Positions 39,808-48,624 are shown, numbered from the stretch's first letter. The stretch is 64,000 nt of DNA from an uncultured bacterium (GCA_963721685.1 CAVRJJ010000001.1:4555-68554); one strand, 5' to 3'. The notes: generated from the sequence alone by a model not told the origin. A program made the numbers and translations.

Positions 39808-40389
39808 ATGAATATCGCTAGTTTCAGCCGAAACCATCCCCAATCTTACCGCCGGTTACTGGTTATTTCCTGCATAACTATGACAGCCTCCGGGCTTTAT
39901 TCTGCCGCTAATGGCAACACCCCGAAGATTCTGGCAATGGGCCAATTGGCCCGGCCGCTTCCCCACCAAGAGCTTGTTACAGGAGAAAATAATCAACTGG
40001 CGAGCAAGCAGACTGACCCATCCCATGGGTTAACCCGTCTTCCTGGCAAGGACGGTAGCGGAACGGTTCCCCAAACAGCAACGCTGGCTTCCTCGTCCGC
40101 CGCGCCACTCAATGATATGCGCGTGCTTGGAAGGATGATGAGCGCCGCCCGTTTTGGCGACGGCCATTGGCCGGCTTTAAATAACTTGTGGACTCGTGAG
40201 TCGAATTGGAATCCCACTGCTCGCAATGCCTCCAGCGGAGCTTGCGGAATCCCGCAGGCCCTTCCTTGTTCGAAAATTCCCGATATGAGCCCCAGCGGCC
40301 AAATTATTTGGGGATTAACCTATATTGAGCGGCGTTATGGTACCCCAACTTCCGCTTGGCAGCACTGGCAGCGCCACCACTGGTATTAG
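39808..40389 (+). CDS. lytic transglycosylase (SLT/Apf-like) domain protein
   Basis: LWTRESNWN..A.N.SSGACGIPQALP, Q..WG..YI..RYG.P..AW.HW....WY. Confidence 0.85.
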   Translation: MNIASFSRNHPQSYRRLLVISCITMTASGLYSAANGNTPKILAMGQLARPLPHQELVTGENNQLASKQTDPSHGLTRLPGKDGSGTVPQTATLASSSAAPLNDMRVLGRMMSAARFGDGHWPALNNLWTRESNWNPTARNASSGACGIPQALPCSKIPDMSPSGQIIWGLTYIERRYGTPTSAWQHWQRHHWY

Positions 40390-40391
40390 CT

Positions 40392-41216
40392 TTAGGTGTC
40401 TAGCTGACGGTTAAGTAGGCTGCGTTGGCTGCGACGATAGTACCAAGCGGCAAGTAGGATTGCACTTGCGCCCGCCAGTCCGTTTAAAGCTGTGCCGGTT
40501 TGAGGCAAGGCCGCGGCTACCGGAGCGGGCGCTGGAGCTGGAGCTGGAGTCGGAGGAGGGGCGTGCGCTGGCGTCGGCGCCGGAGTTGCAACGGGGTTAA
40601 CCACTACGGTTTGAGTTTGAGCTTGGACTTGGACTTGAGACACGGGAGCGGGATCAGGTGCCGGGGTTGGTGTGGGTGTCGGTTGTGGCCGATGTTTCAC
40701 TGTCGTGGTCGGGGCTGGTGGGGTAGCCACAGGGGTAGCGGTTACGACATTGCCACAATCCTTAATGATGGCAAAGGCGAACTTATTGTTTCGAAGGTGA
40801 ACCAGGGCAGGCAGTTCTGAGCTTTGAAATGAAACAGAGGTTGGCCGCTTCCATAATCCGCTGGAAACTTTCACCGAACCGGGTATCTGTGAATGTCCAT
40901 AGCTGTAAGCGCCGGTGGCGATGGTTTCGCCTCTAACAATCACGTGGCCCCCTTTAGTGACCACGCCATTTACCGTGTTGTCCGATAGAATTCTGCCCGG
41001 TGTTACATCGTAAAATTTAAAAGTCCGGGTAAGTTGGGCACCGCTGCGTACGCCATCGCCATTAGTTAAAGCGGCGGCGCATTCGGCTCTGCTAAAGCAA
41101 CCACCATGAATCATGGCATTAGGGCTGGTGTCGCCAGCAGCGTGAATTGGTGAAAAAGTTACGATAACGACGAGAAACGACGCGATTGCGGGCGCGAGCT
41201 TTGTGCGAATTTTCAT
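40392..41216 (-). CDS. secreted protein with Pro/Thr/Ala linker and LPQTG sorting signal
   Basis: Signal peptide, IIKDCGN, PT/PA repeats, LPQTG + hydrophobic stretch + YYRRSQR. Confidence 0.75.
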   Translation of the reverse strand: MKIRTKLAPAIASFLVVIVTFSPIHAAGDTSPNAMIHGGCFSRAECAAALTNGDGVRSGAQLTRTFKFYDVTPGRILSDNTVNGVVTKGGHVIVRGETIATGAYSYGHSQIPGSVKVSSGLWKRPTSVSFQSSELPALVHLRNNKFAFAIIKDCGNVVTATPVATPPAPTTTVKHRPQPTPTPTPAPDPAPVSQVQVQAQTQTVVVNPVATPAPTPAHAPPPTPAPAPAPAPVAAALPQTGTALNGLAGASAILLAAWYYRRSQRSLLNRQLDT

Positions 41217-41239
41217 GGTCCCCTTTGTGAATGTAGCGC

Positions 41240-41578
41240 TTATTTAGCAGTTACGGCTTTAAGATTATGAAGGCTGCGCTTTAATAACCCCTCGGCTGTA
41301 TTGCGGTATAATTCAGCTCGTTTACGATAGCTTGATGCTTGGTCGTATAGATGGGTGAGTCGGGCCGCACGCTTTTCTTCTGGTGTTTTTGGCCCGATCA
41401 GCCGACCTACGCGATATACCGCTGCTACAGCGAGCAGTCCTAGATACAGCTTATTTGTATTGGTTGGTTCAGCCTTACGCTGATCCTTGGCTTTACTGAG
41501 TCCCTCGGTTATATAATGAACGGTTCCCAGCAAAAGTAAAGTGTGGGCTATAGTATCAACGGTACGAAGTGGCTTCAT
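41240..41578 (-). CDS. hypothetical protein
   Basis: 112-aa ORF, GAGG upstream. Confidence 0.5.
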   Translation of the reverse strand: MKPLRTVDTIAHTLLLLGTVHYITEGLSKAKDQRKAEPTNTNKLYLGLLAVAAVYRVGRLIGPKTPEEKRAARLTHLYDQASSYRKRAELYRNTAEGLLKRSLHNLKAVTAK

Positions 41579-41659
41579 TTAGTATTCCTCTCACGTTAAT
41601 GTTCGCCTCCAGTATGGACGAATCTCCATATGATGAGTATGTGAGAACTTACAAAAGAA

Positions 41660-42658
41660 TTAGCTTCTTCTCGGTAAGACTACTTCTTGGGCGGGGTCAT
41701 ATTCGTTTGGTTTAGCATCAATGCAACTCTCAAGCAGCTTTTTTATGTCTTCCTTATTGAAATTTTTTCCAATAAAAACCAGTTTTGTGGTAGGCGTTTG
41801 CGTCCCCCAATCCTCCCATGTAAGCTCAGCCCGCTTGCCAACCAGCTGAAAGATATATTTTCGGCGGTGACCTTTTTTCCCTAAATCCACCATGCCTTTT
41901 GCCCGGTATACCGATACGGGAATCTGATGGTTTACAAACTCTTGGAACGTAAGGGGGTCTAGTGGTTTGTCGGTTGCAAAACTAAAGCTTGTATATTCCG
42001 TATGGAGGTGGTCATGTTTGCTATGGTCGGCGGAGGGGTAGGTATCGGCCAGGGAGTTCGTATTTTGATCAAGCAGCAGCCTCACGTCAACCTCGCCTTT
42101 AACGGATGTAAACATTCGGGCCCGCGGATTAATACCCTGCACCAAGTCGCTAATCTGGGTAACTTTTTCAGAAGGGATAAGGTCGGTTTTGTTTATTATT
42201 ACAAAATCACTGTATTCAATTTGCTGCAATGCCGTGGAGTGGGCTTCGGCATTTTTTTCAAGGTTTTCGGCATCGATCACCGCTACGATGCTATCAAGCC
42301 TGGTAAGCCTGCCAGCCGCCTCACGCAGCGTGCGGGCCAAGTCAGCCGGCTCGGCTAATCCACTGGCTTCAATAATAATGTAATCAATAGGACTGCCGGG
42401 GTAAGCAAATTGTCCAATGGCAGCGTCTAATTCCAGTCCCTCCATGGAGCAGCACATGCAACCGTTCGTTAATTCCAGTGTCGTCTCTGTTTGGCCGGCA
42501 ATGAGGCTGGCATCAATATTAATTGCGCCATAATCGTTAACAACCACTCCAATTTTTAAACCCTGGTTATGCTGCAAAATATAATTAAGCAAGGTGGTCT
42601 TGCCAGCACCGAGAAAGCCAGTTATAGCGGTAATAGGGATTTTTGATGGTTGGGCCAT
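41660..42658 (-). CDS. CobW/COG0523 G3E GTPase (metallochaperone)
   Basis: GFLGAGKTT, NGCMCC, EASG, NKTD, His-rich patch, YRAKG. Confidence 0.92.
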   Translation of the reverse strand: MAQPSKIPITAITGFLGAGKTTLLNYILQHNQGLKIGVVVNDYGAINIDASLIAGQTETTLELTNGCMCCSMEGLELDAAIGQFAYPGSPIDYIIIEASGLAEPADLARTLREAAGRLTRLDSIVAVIDAENLEKNAEAHSTALQQIEYSDFVIINKTDLIPSEKVTQISDLVQGINPRARMFTSVKGEVDVRLLLDQNTNSLADTYPSADHSKHDHLHTEYTSFSFATDKPLDPLTFQEFVNHQIPVSVYRAKGMVDLGKKGHRRKYIFQLVGKRAELTWEDWGTQTPTTKLVFIGKNFNKEDIKKLLESCIDAKPNEYDPAQEVVLPRRS

Positions 42659-42736
42659 AAGACTAGTATAACGGGAACATCGCGGTATTGTTGTAATAGC
42701 GCTTATGCTTTAAACTGCAACTATAAAAGGATTTTT

Positions 42737-43114
42737 ATGACAACCGTACTTTTAGTTGAAGACGATAATGCCATTAGGGCTGCCTATAACTACGCGCTTA
42801 CCAAAGCCGGGATCAAGGTTACCGAGGCAACCGACGGGGTGCAGGCGGCATCTTACGTCGAACAGTTGCGACCTGACGTGGTATTGTTGGATATGCTGAT
42901 GCCGGGTATGTCGGGCTTGGATTTTTTACGCCACACCGAAATTACCAGCCGCTTTCCCGATACCAAAGTAATAGCGGTCAGCAATATTGATACTCCCAGA
43001 GTTGTCAAAGAAGCAAAGGAACTTGGTGCCGTGCAGTATGTGATCAAGGTTGAAACTACCCCAAAGGAGATCGTTGCACTTGTAAAGAAGCTGGCAAAAG
43101 CGGCGGAACACTAA
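42737..43114 (+). CDS. single-domain response regulator
   Basis: LLVEDD, LLDMLMPGMSG, GA.QY..K; start at ATG 42737. Confidence 0.9.
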   Translation: MTTVLLVEDDNAIRAAYNYALTKAGIKVTEATDGVQAASYVEQLRPDVVLLDMLMPGMSGLDFLRHTEITSRFPDTKVIAVSNIDTPRVVKEAKELGAVQYVIKVETTPKEIVALVKKLAKAAEH

Positions 43115-43147
43115 AGCACAGCAAGTTTGGTATTATAATTAAGTACT

Positions 43148-43712
43148 ATGACGCACGCACTCCACGACTTCCGCATCGAAAATGAAAATTTAATTCTATT
43201 ATCGTTTAGTAACGGAACGTCTGCCCGTGTCTGCCGCGATGATCTTGAGCGCTATCTATCGAAACCGGATCTGGCTAAAGTTAATAAGGCGATGAGCCAG
43301 CGGCGTAAATTTATGAAACGGGTACTTCCACCAACCGCGGTATTCCTGCTTTCAGCCAGTATTTTGGCGACTTGGTGCGCATGATGCGCGCCAGCTTATG
43401 AACCAGTGGAAGCCGGCTGAATCACCCGCTCCCCAGAGCATAGTTGCACCCCAACCAGAGCCTTGGGTTCAAAATTTCACCCAGCCAAAAAACCAACTTT
43501 CTTCCCCTCAGCTGCCAGTCCATCGGATGAATAAGGCCCCCGCGGCCGCGTCCCCAGCCCCCGTCGCTGCTCCCGGCCAATTAAAGCCCAGTCCGGCCGC
43601 AAGCCCAGCCGAGATGAAAAAAAATCTTAAGAACGGAACAAATAATAGTGGGCCCCATCCAGCAATTCTGCACACGCCGGAAAAATTTAAAATCAATGTT
43701 TACATCCGATAA
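43148..43712 (+). pseudogene. hypothetical membrane protein apparently split by a frameshift near 43370
   Basis: ORF 43148-43384 ends within a hydrophobic helix; the +1 frame is open (LGAHDARQL) into Pro-rich ORF 43398-43712. Confidence 0.45.
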
Positions 43713-43768
43713 GCTTCTGCGCTCAGCCCAGACTCTGTATACTAAATAACCAAAGGAGTCTGAGTGCT

Positions 43769-44035
43769 GTGTCTAGCGATCGTCATACCATTACGGTGTA
43801 TACAACAAAGCAATGCGTCTACTGCCAAGCGGAAAAACAGTACTTAGATGAAAACAATATCGTGTTTAAGGAAATTCGGGTTGATGATGATGCGGCCGAG
43901 GCAGAAAAAATGATACAGCGGAGCGGTCAAATGGGCGTACCCTATACCGTTATTACCAACCAGGTAACCGGAAATGAGCTGGAAGTTGTGGGGTTTGACC
44001 GAGCACGTTTAACTAATATGATAGGGGCTGCATGA
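43769..44035 (+). CDS. glutaredoxin-like protein (NrdH/YruB type)
   Basis: VYT..CVYC, SGQMGVP, VGFD. Confidence 0.88.
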   Translation: MSSDRHTITVYTTKQCVYCQAEKQYLDENNIVFKEIRVDDDAAEAEKMIQRSGQMGVPYTVITNQVTGNELEVVGFDRARLTNMIGAA

Positions 44036-45000
44036 CTGAAATGACCGACATATATGACATTGTAGTTGTGGGCGCCGGGCCCACCGGCTTAGCGGCTGCA
44101 CTATATACCTCGCGAGAGGACCTCAAGACCTTGGTTATTGACGGTGGTGCGGTTGGGGGCATGATTGCTACTACCGAAGTGGTGGACAACTACCCAGGTT
44201 TTCCGGAAGGAATCGGGGGGCTTGCCTTAGCCGAAGCTATGAAGAAGCAAGCTGAACGCTTTGGTTCGGAGGTGAAGACCGGCATTTGGGCGAAGAGCCT
44301 TAAGAAAACCCCGGAACATATTGAACTTGAAACCGACAAAGGCACTCTTAAGGCTCGCAGCGTACTGATAGCGACCGGGTCGCTCTACCGCCATTTGGAA
44401 GTTCCAGGGGAGAAAGAGCTGGAAGGTAAGGGCGTGCATTACTGCGCTACTTGTGACGGGCCTTTATACCGCGACGCCCACTTAATCGCGGTTGGCGGCG
44501 GTAATACCATGCTACAGGAAGGCTTATTCCTGACGAAGTTTGTGAAGAAGCTGACCGTCTTGGTAAGAAAACCGGAATTTAAAGGATCGGAAATCCTGAT
44601 CCAGAAGTTGCAGAGCCATGACAACGTGGAGGTGGTGTTTAATACCAGTGTTAGTGAAATTGTAGGCGCCGGACCGATGTTTACCTCAGTCAAGACCGTC
44701 AACAATCAAACCAAAGAAACCGGCGAGATAAATGGCGACGGGTTGTTTGTGTTTGCCGGCTTACTCCCCAATACCGACTGGCTAAAAGGGGAAATTGAAC
44801 TTGATGACCGCGGCTTCGTGCACGTTGACCACGGGTTTTCCACCAATGTGCCCGGAGTTTACGCCGCGGGCGATGTGATTGTCGGTTCGGTAGGCCAGGT
44901 GGCTTCAGCGGTCGGTGAGGGCGTGTCGGCCGCGCTTTCCATCCGGCAATACCTAGACCCCAACCACGCGCTGCCAAGCTACGCCGTGAACCAAGCCTAG
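44032..45000 (+). CDS. trxB: thioredoxin-disulfide reductase
   Basis: GAGPTG, NYPGF, CATCDG, GGGN, AAGDV. Confidence 0.92.
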   Translation: MTEMTDIYDIVVVGAGPTGLAAALYTSREDLKTLVIDGGAVGGMIATTEVVDNYPGFPEGIGGLALAEAMKKQAERFGSEVKTGIWAKSLKKTPEHIELETDKGTLKARSVLIATGSLYRHLEVPGEKELEGKGVHYCATCDGPLYRDAHLIAVGGGNTMLQEGLFLTKFVKKLTVLVRKPEFKGSEILIQKLQSHDNVEVVFNTSVSEIVGAGPMFTSVKTVNNQTKETGEINGDGLFVFAGLLPNTDWLKGEIELDDRGFVHVDHGFSTNVPGVYAAGDVIVGSVGQVASAVGEGVSAALSIRQYLDPNHALPSYAVNQA

Positions 45001-45032
45001 GCAAACTTCCAATAAGTATCCCCACATTTTCG

Positions 45033-45061
45033 TTGACATGCATACATAAGCGTTGTAATTT
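45033..45061 (+). promoter_or_regulatory. sigma70 promoter
   Basis: TTGACA-17 nt-TAATTT, 7 nt before ATG 45069. Confidence 0.6.
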
Positions 45062-45068
45062 AGGAATT

Positions 45069-45143
45069 ATGAAGTTTCAGTCTAACAACAGCCCGAAGAT
45101 TTGCCGCTGGTTTCCGGTAGTCCTGCTGTTTGGTAGGTACTGA
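45069..45143 (+). CDS. putative leader peptide (24 aa) MKFQSNNSPKICRWFPVVLLFGRY
   Basis: Short ORF between promoter and terminator; its stop codon overlaps GAGGCT, which is complementary to the terminator 5' arm. Confidence 0.45.
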   Translation: MKFQSNNSPKICRWFPVVLLFGRY

Positions 45144-45170
45144 GGCTCGTTGTATTTTCACAAAAGTGCG

Positions 45171-45196
45171 GCCGGCCTCGAAAGAGGCCGGTTTTT
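45171..45196 (+). terminator. intrinsic terminator / attenuator hairpin
   Basis: GCCGGCCTC-GAAA-GAGGCCGGT followed by TTTT. Confidence 0.85.
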
Positions 45197-45200
45197 GTTA

Positions 45201-45324
45201 CGGGGTATAGCTTAAAAATCCTTCGCCTCCAAGTGTCTCATGAGACTTGGGTGCAAGGGGCGGATAAAGCGCCAGCCAGGGGGGCTGGAGATGTTAATTG
45301 GGTTCAAGTCCCCATATCCCGACC
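45201..45324 (+). tRNA. tRNA-Pro(GGG)-like element with expanded D-loop (non-canonical or pseudo-tRNA)
   Basis: Acceptor CGGGGTA/TATCCCG + A-CC, D stem GCTT/AAGC, anticodon stem CCAGC/GCTGG with loop CA-GGG-GG, T loop TTCAAGT; D-loop 53 nt, variable region 9 nt. Confidence 0.6.
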
Positions 45325-45364
45325 TGCACCATCACACACCACAACGCCCGAGGAGGGATGTAGC

Positions 45365-45790
45365 ATGTCAACAGCCCAGAGAGCAGTGCCAAAGGGCCGG
45401 CGTGCCCGGAATGAAGTGCTGATGAACACCCTCGCGGTGATCATCCGTCCTACGCAAGATCTCACAAGTGAGGCAGCCGACAAGATCGCTGACCTCCTTC
45501 CGCTCGGACTCTCGTCGGGAGCTCGCGAGCGTTTGCTCAACACCGGTACGGAAGCTCGTCGGGTGGAGCTCAGCCAGCGCACGACCGAAGTCCGGATCGA
45601 GCCGGAGAAGAGGAGGGTTCTCGAGATGATGGGCGTCAAGTTCGGCTTCCAGGTCGATGACCGGCCCGGCTTCGACCCCGCCGAAGAGCGGACGATGCGT
45701 AAGCGGATCGCCGATCGCTCCGCCGCGAAGGCCGAGTACTACCGCGACCGACGGCGCCACCGAGGGGGCAGCCACAGCTTCGCCTGGTAG
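45365..45790 (+). CDS. GC-rich orphan basic protein (141 aa)
   Basis: AGGAGG RBS before ATG 45365; strongly C/G-ending codons compared with neighbours; Arg-rich C-terminus. Confidence 0.6.
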   Translation: MSTAQRAVPKGRRARNEVLMNTLAVIIRPTQDLTSEAADKIADLLPLGLSSGARERLLNTGTEARRVELSQRTTEVRIEPEKRRVLEMMGVKFGFQVDDRPGFDPAEERTMRKRIADRSAAKAEYYRDRRRHRGGSHSFAW

Positions 45791-45796
45791 GCAGTG

Positions 45797-45892
45797 GTGG
45801 GTGTGAATATCTAGCTTGGGGCTACCCGCTTCACGCTAGGTAGGCGTCCCGCGCGTTGGTCCCACAAGGATCTTCGCCGGGACGCTGCCCAC
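45797..45892 (+). ncRNA. candidate structured RNA (three-way junction)
   Basis: GTGGGT/GCCCAC encloses ATCTAGC/GCTAGGT and GGCGTCCCG/CGGGACGCT stems. Confidence 0.35.
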
Positions 45893-45954
45893 GTCTTTAT
45901 ATGCTTCGTTTTATAGTCTGCTATACTGAAAATCAACACTAATAAGGAAGCAGC

Positions 45955-46482
45955 ATGGCAGAATTAGGTGTCGGCAGCGACGCTCCCAATGTAGTTAATT
46001 TGGTCATTGAAATCCGTCGCGGCGAGGGTAAAAACAAGTATGAGCTGAATAAAGACACCGGCTATATGACGCTCGATCGGGTAAACGCTACCATGCTGAA
46101 GTATCCCTGCGACTACGGCTATGTGCCGGGCACCCTGTGCGATGACGGCGATCCACTGGATGGGCTGCTGGTTATCGATGAGTCGGTTCCGGCTAACGTG
46201 GTCGTTCCCGTCCGAGCGATTGGTGTCCTTTATATGGTTGATGATGGCGAAGGAGACGAAAAACTGGTTTGCGTAGCGGATGATGATGTTACCATGAAGC
46301 ACATCAATGAGATCGAAGACCTTGGCACCCATTTTAAGCCGATGGTGGAGCACTTCTACAGCCACTACAAAGATTGGAAAAACGATTGGAAGGGCGTTGA
46401 TGTGCACTTTAACGGCTGGGGCAATGCCGAAGCTGCGCGTAAGGTTATATCAGAAGCAATGGGTCGGTATTCTAGCAAGTAG
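45955..46482 (+). CDS. ppa: inorganic pyrophosphatase (family I)
   Basis: NKYE, LDR, YP.DYGYVP.TL.DDGDPLD, M.DDGEGDEK and YKD. Confidence 0.93.
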   Translation: MAELGVGSDAPNVVNLVIEIRRGEGKNKYELNKDTGYMTLDRVNATMLKYPCDYGYVPGTLCDDGDPLDGLLVIDESVPANVVVPVRAIGVLYMVDDGEGDEKLVCVADDDVTMKHINEIEDLGTHFKPMVEHFYSHYKDWKNDWKGVDVHFNGWGNAEAARKVISEAMGRYSSK

Positions 46483-46528
46483 TTGGCGTATGTTCATATA
46501 GCAATAATGGTGAAAGGGTGAAACACAA

Positions 46529-47536
46529 ATGGCAATTAAGGTAGCAATCAATGGATTTGGACGTATTGGAAGGAACGCTTTTAAACTGGCTTGGAACCAT
46601 CAAGAGCTGGAGATTGTAGCAGTAAATGACATTACCGACACTAAGACGCTAGCGCATTTATTAAAACACGATTCAAATTATGGGTTATATCATGAAGAAG
46701 TTAGTTTCGACGACCAGAACATCATCGTTGGCGGCCGAAAGGTAAGGGTATTTGCTGAAAAAGACCCCGCCCTGCTTCCCTGGAAAGATCTTGACGTTGA
46801 CGTGGTGATTGAAAGCACCGGTTTTTTTGTTAAGCGCGAGGACGCGAGCAAGCACTTAACAGCTGGCGCCAAACGGGTGGTGTTGTCGGCCCCGGCGAAA
46901 GGCGACGACGTCCCAACCTACGTAATTGGTGTAAATGATGGAGACATTACCGCCGCCGATACGGTTATTTCCAACGCTTCCTGTACCACCAACTGCATTA
47001 CGCCGGTCATGGCGGTGCTGGAAAAAGCGGTGGGGGTTGAAAAGGCTTTAATGACAACCGTGCACTCTTACACGGCAAGTCAGCGTTTGCAGGACGCGCC
47101 GGCTAAAGACCTGCGGGAGGCTCGCAACGCGGCCGAAAACATCGTGCCCACCACCACTGGTGCATCCAAGGCCGCTGGACGCGCTTTGCCTGCCCTTCAG
47201 GGTATCTTCGACGGTTTAAGCATCCGAGTCCCCACACCGGTGGTGAGCTTAAGCGATATTACCTTTGTCAGTAAGAAGGACACCACAATTGAAGAGATCA
47301 ACCAAGCCCTAGTGGCAGCCAGCCATGAACCTCATTTGGAAGGCGTTTTAGCGGCAACCGAAGATCCGCTGGTTTCACGCGATTACGTGGGTAACAGCCA
47401 TTCAGCCATTGTGGATCTAAAGTTAACCAATGTTGTCGCCGGCAACCTCGTGAAAGTGGTGGCTTGGTATGACAACGAATGGGGTTATTCCAACCGACTG
47501 GTAGAAATGGTCATTAAGGCGGGCAAAACGCTATGA
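46529..47536 (+). CDS. gap: glyceraldehyde-3-phosphate dehydrogenase
   Basis: INGFGRIGR, SNASCTTNC and WYDNEWGYS. Confidence 0.97.
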   Translation: MAIKVAINGFGRIGRNAFKLAWNHQELEIVAVNDITDTKTLAHLLKHDSNYGLYHEEVSFDDQNIIVGGRKVRVFAEKDPALLPWKDLDVDVVIESTGFFVKREDASKHLTAGAKRVVLSAPAKGDDVPTYVIGVNDGDITAADTVISNASCTTNCITPVMAVLEKAVGVEKALMTTVHSYTASQRLQDAPAKDLREARNAAENIVPTTTGASKAAGRALPALQGIFDGLSIRVPTPVVSLSDITFVSKKDTTIEEINQALVAASHEPHLEGVLAATEDPLVSRDYVGNSHSAIVDLKLTNVVAGNLVKVVAWYDNEWGYSNRLVEMVIKAGKTL

Positions 47537-47982
47537 AGCCACGGGTTTTTATTGGCGCTGACCATGGGGGCTTTGAATATAAGAACCAAATTCGCGAGCA
47601 CTTGATTCACCAGGGATACGAGGTAGAAGATGTCGGCGCTCTAACGCTTGACCCGCAAGATGATTACCCTCAGTACGCCTACGCGGTTGCCACCAAAATT
47701 CTAGGTGAAGAGGTCCCAGCTTTTGGTATTTTAATATGTCGCGGTGGACAAGGCATGGCGATGGCCGCCAATCGGGTTTCCGGCATTCGCGCAGCGGTAG
47801 CGTGGTCGCCTGAGGTGGCCCAAAAAACCCGCGAGGATAACAATGCCAATGTGGTGAGTTTGCCCGGGGACATGATTGATATTGATACCTCGCTTGAGAT
47901 TGTGGATACGTTTCTGGCTGAGCCGTTTTCCGGTGAAGATCGTCACGCACGGCGGGTCAAGCAGATTGAGGACTTGTTTTAA
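47533..47982 (+). CDS. rpiB: ribose-5-phosphate isomerase B
   Basis: GADHGG, DDYP, GILIC..GQG, NNANV and RHARR. Confidence 0.92.
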   Translation: MKPRVFIGADHGGFEYKNQIREHLIHQGYEVEDVGALTLDPQDDYPQYAYAVATKILGEEVPAFGILICRGGQGMAMAANRVSGIRAAVAWSPEVAQKTREDNNANVVSLPGDMIDIDTSLEIVDTFLAEPFSGEDRHARRVKQIEDLF

Positions 47983-47985
47983 GGA

Positions 47986-48624
47986 ATGGCAACGATTGTG
48001 CCAACGGTGCTTGCTTCCGATCCCGCAGAATACGCCACTATGCTTTCTCGGGCTGAAAGTTTAAGTAAACGGGTACATGTTGATGTTTGCGATGGGGTGT
48101 TTGCTTCAGGTAAAACTATTGGTTTAGCCCAAGTGCATGTGGCAGACGATACCCACCTAGACTTACATTTAATGTTAAAAGATTCTGGCACGGAAATGGA
48201 AACAGCCTTAAGCCTCCATCCCCATTTAATTATTATCCACGCGGAATCCGAGGGCGACCTCCTAGGGCTGATTACACGGATTGCTAGCTTAGGTATTAAG
48301 ACGGGAATTGCTGTGTTGCCATCAACCCCATTGGACGCTGTTCGTCCATTAATTGAGAAGGTTGACCATGTGCTTATCTTTACGGGAACGCTCGGTCAAA
48401 ATGGGGGGCAATTCCAGGCAGATCAGCTTGAGCGGGCGGCGGCAATTCGGCAGATTAAGTCCAAAATTGAAATAAGCGTTGACGGAGGGGTATCCGACGC
48501 CAACGCCGCGGCGATTGTTGGCGCTGGGGTCGACGTGCTGTACGCGGGCGGATTTCTACAAAATGCCGAGAACCCAGCGGCCGCTTATGGATCAATTAAC
48601 AAAACAATTGAGGTTTACTCATGA
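47986..48624 (+). CDS. rpe: ribulose-phosphate 3-epimerase
   Basis: HVDVCDG.F, DLHLM, H.E, G..GG.F, VDGG. Confidence 0.88.
   Translation: MATIVPTVLASDPAEYATMLSRAESLSKRVHVDVCDGVFASGKTIGLAQVHVADDTHLDLHLMLKDSGTEMETALSLHPHLIIIHAESEGDLLGLITRIASLGIKTGIAVLPSTPLDAVRPLIEKVDHVLIFTGTLGQNGGQFQADQLERAAAIRQIKSKIEISVDGGVSDANAAAIVGAGVDVLYAGGFLQNAENPAAAYGSINKTIEVYS

Noticed and set aside
40500-40740. Short tandem GCTGGA/GGTGT-type repeats
   Set aside because: They encode the Pro/Thr/Ala linker of the LPQTG protein; not a CRISPR array or regulatory repeat
45233-45364. N-terminal extension of the 185-aa ORF in the track
   Set aside because: It overlaps the tRNA-like element; the AGGAGG RBS supports ATG 45365 instead
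45304-45775. Antisense ORFs over the GC-rich orphan gene
   Set aside because: Expected shadows of a high-GC3 gene; no RBS or recognisable motif
45797-45892. SRP RNA or hammerhead ribozyme identity for the structured element
   Set aside because: It lacks the SRP domain IV GGAA/GCAGC motif and the hammerhead CUGANGA/GAAA core
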